32,000 nucleotides of DNA from an uncultured Nitrososphaerota archaeon (GTDB lineage: Archaea > Korarchaeota > Korarchaeia > Korarchaeales > Korarchaeaceae), in contig CAYZRF010000018.1 of NCBI GenBank assembly GCA_964480775.1, forward strand, positions 5,835 to 37,834, read 5' to 3'. This document shows, piece by piece, positions 26,621-32,000 of this stretch. The notes under the pieces were generated by a model. That model was not told the DNA's origin and searched no databases. It saw only the letters and a list, made by a program, of their open reading frames with translations. Made by a program: the position numbers and the translations under genes. Position 1 is the stretch's first letter. The number at the start of each line of letters is the position of its first letter.

Positions 26621-27370
26621 ATGAGAAGAGGCTTTGATGAAAACCCTTTTTCCAGAGATGAACTTGAAGAAATATTGAGCGATGTTAAAATCTTAGCGAA
26701 CGAGCACGTGATAATATCGGAACTTCTGGCAAAGGTCGTGAAGGTAGATCTTCCAATCGAAGAAAGAAGAAGGGCAAGTGTAAAGCTAGCTGAGTATATG
26801 GCTTTTATCATTGCTGATACTTTTCCAAAAGAGAGATTTGAACTAACTACCCCTATGAGAGAAAAGGCCGTGTATGAGAGAATACCAAAGGATCAACTAC
26901 CTGTTCTTATAGATATCTTGGGGGCTTCGATATATCCTGTTAGGGGATTTGAAACTGTTTTTGAAGGATCGCTTCACGCTATTGTTTCAGCGAGGAGAGT
27001 AGGGGAATCTTTAGAGAAATTAAGGGTAGAAATAGAGTATGAGAGAATCCCTAAGATAAATGGAAGACCTATCATCTTCATAGATCCCGCGATAGCAACG
27101 GGTTATACCATACTCACGATTTACAGACTTCTTAAAAGGGACAAAAATAGGTTTGGAGATGTGGGCCGAGTAATAGTTTGTGGGTTTGTAGCTGCTCCCT
27201 TTGGAATAAAGAACCTGAAAGAAGAGATTCCGAAAGTGGAGGTATACGTGGGCTCTATAAGCCTGCTTCTTAACGAACATTGCTACATTCATGGTGAAGG
27301 ATGGGGAGTAGGTGGAGGAGGAATAGGAGATGCAGGAGATAGACTAACAGGCGTACAACCTACGAAATAG
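26621..27370 (+). CDS. Uracil phosphoribosyltransferase-family protein, divergent
   Basis: The PRPP loop is IIFIDPAIATGYT. The C-terminal UPRT signature is ...YIHGEGWGVGGGGIGDAGDRL, where the canonical form is YIxPGLGDAGDR. Confidence 0.7.
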   Translation: MRRGFDENPFSRDELEEILSDVKILANEHVIISELLAKVVKVDLPIEERRRASVKLAEYMAFIIADTFPKERFELTTPMREKAVYERIPKDQLPVLIDILGASIYPVRGFETVFEGSLHAIVSARRVGESLEKLRVEIEYERIPKINGRPIIFIDPAIATGYTILTIYRLLKRDKNRFGDVGRVIVCGFVAAPFGIKNLKEEIPKVEVYVGSISLLLNEHCYIHGEGWGVGGGGIGDAGDRLTGVQPTK

Positions 27371-27800
27371 GTTAATTTTCTCTAGAGAGAGTGATAACAA
27401 ACGTTGTTATTTGCTTTGAAAGTGAAAGAGGATTGGATTTGATAATGGTAGGATTAGAGGCCGTGTAGCTTATCTTGCCGACCCAAAGTGATATACTTGA
27501 TTTCTATCCAAGAAGAGCGTAAGGAGAAAACTCTTTTTTATAAGAGTAAAAAATATGCTATGCTCTTCTATATAATCTGATAAAAGGAAAATGAATAAAT
27601 CAGATTGAGTTTACTTAGGAAATCAAAATTAGATAAAGAATCCTAGGATTGCTATTTTGACGTCTTTATTGGGAAAGAACATGATTAGAGAAGACACAAT
27701 AGCGTATTTATTCCTGTAAGAGATCAGTAACATAGCTAGCGTTAATACTGTAGATCTAAAGATAGGAGACAGACGTTGTAAAGAGGATATACCAAGGTAA

Positions 27801-27809
27801 TTTTAAATA
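27801..27809 (+). promoter_or_regulatory. TATA-like box (TTTTAAATA) upstream of the DsrE-TusA-SQR operon
   Basis: About 40 nt upstream of the GTG at 27845. AGGTGA at 27833..27838 is a Shine-Dalgarno-like element. Confidence 0.3.
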
Positions 27810-27844
27810 TTTTAACTGTAGCGAGGAGAATCAGGTGAGCATCT

Positions 27845-28252
27845 GTGTCAAAGGGTCTTGCTATAATAATGTATTCTGGTGAGGCTGAGAAATTCATACC
27901 CTTAGGAGTATTCACTCAAACGGCCGTAAATCTAGGAATACCAGTAAGAATATTTGTTACCGGTTTCGCAATGCTCCAATTCCTCAAAGAAAAACCAAAG
28001 CCTAGGTTCTCCAAGGAATTCGAAGAGTTTGTGCCCAAGATACATGAAGGTTTGCAAAGGATCAAGGCTCCTAGCTGGTACGACATGGTAATGGATGCTA
28101 AGGATCTCGGAGATGTAAAGGTATATGTGTGCTCCCTGATGGCACAAGTAGTGGGAGTAGGCAAAGACGACATGGATCCCATTGTTGACGACGTTGTAGG
28201 GGCAACGTTCTTCCTCAAAGAGATTGCAGACTATGAGGTTATATTCATCTAA
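27845..28252 (+). CDS. DsrE/DsrF-like (DrsE_2 type) sulfur-relay protein
   Basis: GTG start, 135 aa. LAIIMYSGEAEKF...IFVTGFAMLQF...VKVYVCSLMAQVVGV...VVGATFFLKEIADYEVIFI matches the family layout, including the conserved Cys. Confidence 0.75.
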   Translation: MSKGLAIIMYSGEAEKFIPLGVFTQTAVNLGIPVRIFVTGFAMLQFLKEKPKPRFSKEFEEFVPKIHEGLQRIKAPSWYDMVMDAKDLGDVKVYVCSLMAQVVGVGKDDMDPIVDDVVGATFFLKEIADYEVIFI

Positions 28253-28276
28253 AGAAATGTTAGCAGGGGAGTAACA

Positions 28277-28519
28277 ATGAGTGAAAACGTAATTGAGGTC
28301 GATGCTAGAGGAATGGCCTGCCCAGGGCCAATCTCTGCTCTAACTAGGGCCTATCGTAAGGCAAAGAACGGAGACATAATACAGGTTCTTGCAACTGATC
28401 CAGGGTTTAAGCCAGACGTCCAAGCTTGGGTCGAGCGAACAGGAAATGAGCTCCTTGAACTCACTGAGGAGGGTGGAGTTATCAAGGCAAGGATAAAGGT
28501 TACTGCAAAGAAGGCCTAA
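28277..28519 (+). CDS. tusA: TusA/SirA-family sulfurtransferase
   Basis: 80 aa. The DARGMACPGP motif carries the conserved Cys-Pro-x-Pro. Confidence 0.8.
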   Translation: MSENVIEVDARGMACPGPISALTRAYRKAKNGDIIQVLATDPGFKPDVQAWVERTGNELLELTEEGGVIKARIKVTAKKA

Positions 28520-28531
28520 ACCCTTTCTTTT

Positions 28532-29731
28532 TTGAGTGAGGGGATGAATACGGAAAAAATACTTATTTTAGGTGGAGGAGGAGGGGGGGCCATCCTAGCT
28601 AATTTATTGCCTAATGACGAGTTTGAGGTTAGCGTCATCGACAAAAGTGAGTATCATATTTTTGAACCTGGAACCCTCTGGATAGCATTTAAGGGGGAAA
28701 AGAAGGAAAGGTTCATGCGGCCAATAAGGCAACTCCTAAAACCAAGCGTTAACTTAGTACATGATGAAGTCATAAGTGTGGACTTAAACGAACGTTTAGT
28801 TAAGACAAAGACTGGAAAGGAGTTCATGTACGACAAGGTTATCATTGCTACGGGGGTGAATCTGGATTTTGACGCAATTCCAGGCAACCGAGAATTGATG
28901 GAAGCTTTTGGTGACTTCTACTCGACCCTTGAGAGCGCTGAGAAGCTTTGGAACACATTATGGAAGATGAATGATGGGAGGTTCGTCATTGCAATAGCGG
29001 ATCCCATATACAAGTGTCCACCGGGACCGCTCAAGGGAGCTTTCCTTTCAAACGAGTTGTTTGCCAAGAGAGGGTTAAAAGAAAAAGTTAAAGTCGTTTT
29101 AGCTGTACCATTTCCGCATGCTTATCCTGCAAAGTCCATATCGGACATAATAGAACCTGAGCTTGAGGCCAAGGGGATCGAAGTTCACACCTTCTTCACG
29201 GTCGATAGTATAAACACGAAGGAAAAAAAGATCTACAGCCTTGAAGGAGAAGAGCTTGAATACACTATTGCCACAATCATCCCGCCGCATGAAGGGCCAG
29301 GATATGAAGTGAAACCCACAGAGGTAAAGGATGACAGCAACTACATTAAAATAAACAAGTTTACTTGCAAAATAGAGGGATTCGACGACGCTTATGCGAT
29401 CGGAGACTGCACAAACGCTCCTACATCGAAGAGTGGAGTAACGGCCCACCTTCAGGCTGAGGTTGTGGCTGCAAGGCTGAAAGGATACGAAGCTAAGTTC
29501 AGCGGAAGGACAAACTGTCCACTAATAACGGACGGAAAAGGCTTATTTGTCATAAGCGACTACGATCACCCACCTGTTCCAGTTAAGCTGTCGGTATTCA
29601 AGAGGCTCATGGAGGACCTGTTCTTGGCAGCATACTGGGACGCCATTAGATACCCAGAACTCTGGGAACCGATATTTAACGCATACTTTAAGGCAACCGA
29701 TCCTGAGGTAGTAAAGAAGTATGGGTGGTGA
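28532..29731 (+). CDS. Sulfide:quinone oxidoreductase-like FAD-dependent pyridine nucleotide-disulfide oxidoreductase
   Basis: The dinucleotide fold is ILILGGGGGGAILAN. Cys-containing motifs are YKCPPGPLKG and AIGDCTNAP. The size, about 395 aa, fits. The likely start is the ATG at 28544. Confidence 0.7.
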   Translation: MSEGMNTEKILILGGGGGGAILANLLPNDEFEVSVIDKSEYHIFEPGTLWIAFKGEKKERFMRPIRQLLKPSVNLVHDEVISVDLNERLVKTKTGKEFMYDKVIIATGVNLDFDAIPGNRELMEAFGDFYSTLESAEKLWNTLWKMNDGRFVIAIADPIYKCPPGPLKGAFLSNELFAKRGLKEKVKVVLAVPFPHAYPAKSISDIIEPELEAKGIEVHTFFTVDSINTKEKKIYSLEGEELEYTIATIIPPHEGPGYEVKPTEVKDDSNYIKINKFTCKIEGFDDAYAIGDCTNAPTSKSGVTAHLQAEVVAARLKGYEAKFSGRTNCPLITDGKGLFVISDYDHPPVPVKLSVFKRLMEDLFLAAYWDAIRYPELWEPIFNAYFKATDPEVVKKYGW

Positions 29732-30165
29732 ACTTGCGAATGGAGTCTGAAAAGTTGGAGGAAATACTTACAGAAGAGAGACTTGATGCCCTCAAGAAGT
29801 CCCTTGATCTGCTCGTCAAGGCTGATGAGTTGGGCATCATCAGTACCCTAAACGATGTTCTGGAGCCAGACGTCTTGGACAAGGCTATCAACTTCATTAT
29901 GAGCCCATGGCTCTTGATACTTGCAGATAGGCTGAACGAGATATTGGAGATCCTAGCAAGGATAGATTATGAGCCTGTAAAGGAGAACATAGATTTAATA
30001 AATGAAGTCTTACAGTCCGTTCCAAAAGAGACAAAGCCTGTGAGTCTATTAGGGCTCTTAGGCGCCCTTCGCGACCCAGATGTTCAAAAGGGACTAGGAT
30101 TTGCTATAGGATTCTTAAAGGGACTTGGGAAGAAGTTAAGCGAGAAGGAGCTAAAGAAGGAATAA
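29725..30165 (+). CDS. DUF1641-family protein
   Basis: SLLGLLGALRDPDVQKGLGFAIGFLKGLG is the family's characteristic C-terminal block. The gene overlaps the SQR-like stop by 7 nt. The alternative ATG is at 29740. Confidence 0.6.
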   Translation: MVNLRMESEKLEEILTEERLDALKKSLDLLVKADELGIISTLNDVLEPDVLDKAINFIMSPWLLILADRLNEILEILARIDYEPVKENIDLINEVLQSVPKETKPVSLLGLLGALRDPDVQKGLGFAIGFLKGLGKKLSEKELKKE

Positions 30166-30220
30166 TCCTTCTTACTCTTACACCCTTCTTTTATTTCTCA
30201 TTTCCCCCTTCTTCTTTTAA
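30154..30220 (+). terminator. Stop-codon-spanning hairpin (AAGAAGGA-ataa-TCCTTCTT) followed by a T-rich, G-free pyrimidine tract
   Basis: The 8-bp stem is 30154..30161 paired with 30166..30173. Positions 30161..30220 contain no G and include several T3-T4 runs, giving oligo-T termination signals. Confidence 0.3.
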
Positions 30221-30389
30221 GGAAGAAAACTAAAAATCTAATAATTGAATTTAACTCAATCAAAGCTGAAATCACTTTGATCTTGCTTTCTAATAATACT
30301 AAGAAAAGAATAGTGTGCTGCACATTCTTCTAAGGGTAGTAGAGCAAAAAGTTAAAGTTTTTAATATCATCGCTAGGAAGCATAGAGGC

Positions 30390-31259
30390 ATGAAATCAGG
30401 TCTTTTGGTTTTGTTAGTGCTAATCCTTCTCGCTGGCGCCGTTTTTTCCTTTGTCTTGATTAGAAAATTAAGTCATGGCCTTCAGATCATAAGGAACATA
30501 TACTATGCGGGCGTAGAAGATAAGTACAGAGCTTTAGACATCTACAGCCCTTCCTGCAAGGGCAAGCACCCAGTGATCTTCTTCGTACACGGTGGAGCTT
30601 GGACTGTTGGGGACAAGAAAGATCATACAGCAAAGGGTCTGTTCTTTGCAAAGCAGGGTTACGTGTTCGTGAGCGTTAACTACAGACTTGCTCCAGAAGT
30701 TTCATATCCAGATTTTGCCTACGATGTTGCTGAAGCTCTAAGTTGGGTCTATAACCATATTAGCGACTATTGTGGTGATCAAAACAGAATATATCTCATG
30801 GGACACTCTGCAGGCGCTCATCTTGTGGCCTTAGTTTCATATGAGGAAAAGTTTCTTGGCAAATATGGGTTGGACACTTCCATCGTTAAAGGTCTGATTT
30901 TACTCGACGGCGGTGGTTATGACCTCGTGCATGTCCACGATTCATTTCCAGTTCTGTACAAAACGTTGTTTAAGCGTGCATTTGGCGAAGATGAGAACGT
31001 TTTGAGAGATGCATCACCAATTGCTCATGTTGAGGAAGGTAGCTACATGCCGCCAACTTTAGTCATATACACGGACTGGAGGCTCACCAAGGCAGATTCC
31101 CAGAGGTTAATTAACGCTTTAAATGAGGTAGGAGCACCTTTCGAGGTCTTTTATGCCCAAGGTAAGACGCACGATACAGTTAGCAGGGATATTGGAAAAC
31201 CTGGAGATGCGGTCACCGCTGAGATTTTGAAGTTTCTCGAAAGCATTAGCGGCGGATAG
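30390..31259 (+). CDS. Alpha/beta-hydrolase esterase/lipase (HSL-like), membrane-anchored or secreted
   Basis: The oxyanion motif is FVHGGAW and the nucleophile elbow is GHSAGAH. The ATG at 30390 yields the signal anchor MKSGLLVLLVLILLAGAVFSF. The track ORF starts at 30315. Confidence 0.8.
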   Translation: MKSGLLVLLVLILLAGAVFSFVLIRKLSHGLQIIRNIYYAGVEDKYRALDIYSPSCKGKHPVIFFVHGGAWTVGDKKDHTAKGLFFAKQGYVFVSVNYRLAPEVSYPDFAYDVAEALSWVYNHISDYCGDQNRIYLMGHSAGAHLVALVSYEEKFLGKYGLDTSIVKGLILLDGGGYDLVHVHDSFPVLYKTLFKRAFGEDENVLRDASPIAHVEEGSYMPPTLVIYTDWRLTKADSQRLINALNEVGAPFEVFYAQGKTHDTVSRDIGKPGDAVTAEILKFLESISGG

Positions 31260-31411
31260 CCTTGAGAAGAGCAAAAAAGAACCTAAATTTTTCAAATTGA
31301 GTGATTAAGTCATCCATCATGGATTAGAATCATAGGTAGAGTATACTAAGAAGATGTGGATTTGGAGCATGATCCTACATCATGTTTAAAGCAAGATGGT
31401 TTATTCGGTGT

Positions 31412-31762
31412 TCAGCTGGTAAGACCATAGTTAAAGAAAGGGTTTTTCCTGTTCCAGAACATGTTTCCACGTTCGACCATTCCTGAATCGCCATCGTGCA
31501 TGGCTATTTTTGTGTCGAACTTTTTACGGAGATAGGCTGCATTGCCGGTATGGTCAAAATCTCCATGTTTTAAAACGATGAGCTTGAGATTGCCGGATTT
31601 ACAGCCCGCGCTTTCAAGTTCTTTTCCAAGCTCAGTGCGCTTATTTGAACACCCTGTGTCAATCAGGATATAGCCGGTGTCAGTTTCTATGAGGTAGCAA
31701 TTTACAGTTCCCGATTTATAAGGTAGCGATAAACTAATGGTAACGATTTTTCTCATATCCAT
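31412..31762 (-). pseudogene. N-terminal fragment (116 aa) of an MBL-fold metallo-hydrolase; apparently truncated
   Basis: SGTVNCYLIETDTGYILIDTG and LKHGDFDHTGN (metal-binding motif 2) are present. The downstream His/Asp ligand motifs expected in a fold of 200 aa or more are missing. Codon usage differs from the neighbouring genes. Confidence 0.55.
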
Positions 31763-31789
31763 GTTAAATACCTTTCACTCTTAAGGTTT

Positions 31790-31975
31790 TGTCGCCCATC
31801 CTCTTTGTCTTTCTTAAGCACAGCATTTCAGATAACGGCAGTGGTATCTGAAGTCCTGGGCGATACCGAAGGATTTGGGCGAAGCGTAGCGAAGCCAGAT
31901 ACCCGCTTGTTATATAACCCGAAGGGTAAGGTTGCGAAGCAACCGCAGAGTTCCGAACCCCGCCAAAAGATTCTT
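31790..31975 (-). ncRNA. Candidate structured RNA / hairpin-rich element (unclassified)
   Basis: Local GC is about 54% (75/140 by hand count for 31831..31970). There are five C-GAA-G mini-hairpins and an 8-bp long-range complement. Strand and class are not established. Confidence 0.25.
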
Positions 31976-32000
31976 TACTCATATCTATCCCTCTTTAAAT

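Noticed and set aside
31764-31982. 72-aa ORF from the track as a protein-coding gene.
   Set aside because: The residue composition looks random (MSKESFGGVRNSAVASQPYPSGYITSGYLASLRFAQ...). The ORF coincides exactly with the hairpin-rich GC patch, and the repeated CTTCG motif falls in different codon phases. Coding cannot be strictly excluded without homologues.
1-32000. Scan for CRISPR arrays, IS elements or transposases, integrases, and rRNA/tRNA genes.
   Set aside because: By eye I found no regularly spaced direct repeats of 24 nt or more, no DDE or tyrosine-recombinase-like ORFs, and no rRNA or tRNA signatures. A computational repeat or tRNA scan would be needed to be definitive.

Overview
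The window looks like a densely packed chromosomal segment from an archaeon, probably a thermophile. Support: Arg codons are mostly AGA/AGG, TATA-like boxes sit about 25-30 nt upstream of several start codons (some transcripts appear leaderless), proteins are rich in Glu/Lys/Ile, and an MJ0936-type phosphoesterase is present. GC is roughly 40-45% by eye, not computed. I support about 33 protein-coding genes. I recognised no rRNA, tRNA, CRISPR array, transposase or integrase.

Content from left to right:
- a flippase-like membrane protein (partial)
- a wHTH + UbiA prenyltransferase pair
- a wHTH + N-terminally extended radical SAM/SPASM operon
- a Zn-ribbon/DUF4342 protein
- a thiBPQ-like thiamine ABC importer
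- nadE
- an MJ0936 phosphoesterase
- a prenyltransferase/terpene-cyclase-repeat protein
- uppP
- a 1035-aa SF2 helicase
- a ferritin-like protein, a GNAT and a second radical SAM enzyme
- a thioredoxin-fold-CcdA fusion
- an alkaline-phosphatase-superfamily enzyme, a YbaK deacylase and an S12 serine hydrolase
- a decayed aldo/keto reductase pseudogene
- a DUF3267 HExxH protein next to a CPBP-like pair
- a divergent UPRT
- a DsrE-TusA-SQR-like-DUF1641 operon
- an esterase
- a compositionally atypical right edge holding a truncated MBL-fold gene and a GC-rich element full of CGAAG mini-hairpins

The best candidates for something new are:
- the helicase with a Cys-less DUF1998-like module and a degenerate exonuclease-like tail
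- the HTH-rSAM/SPASM operon
- the sulfur-relay operon
- the CGAAG hairpin cluster

I cannot show from sequence alone that any of these is a genuinely new system.
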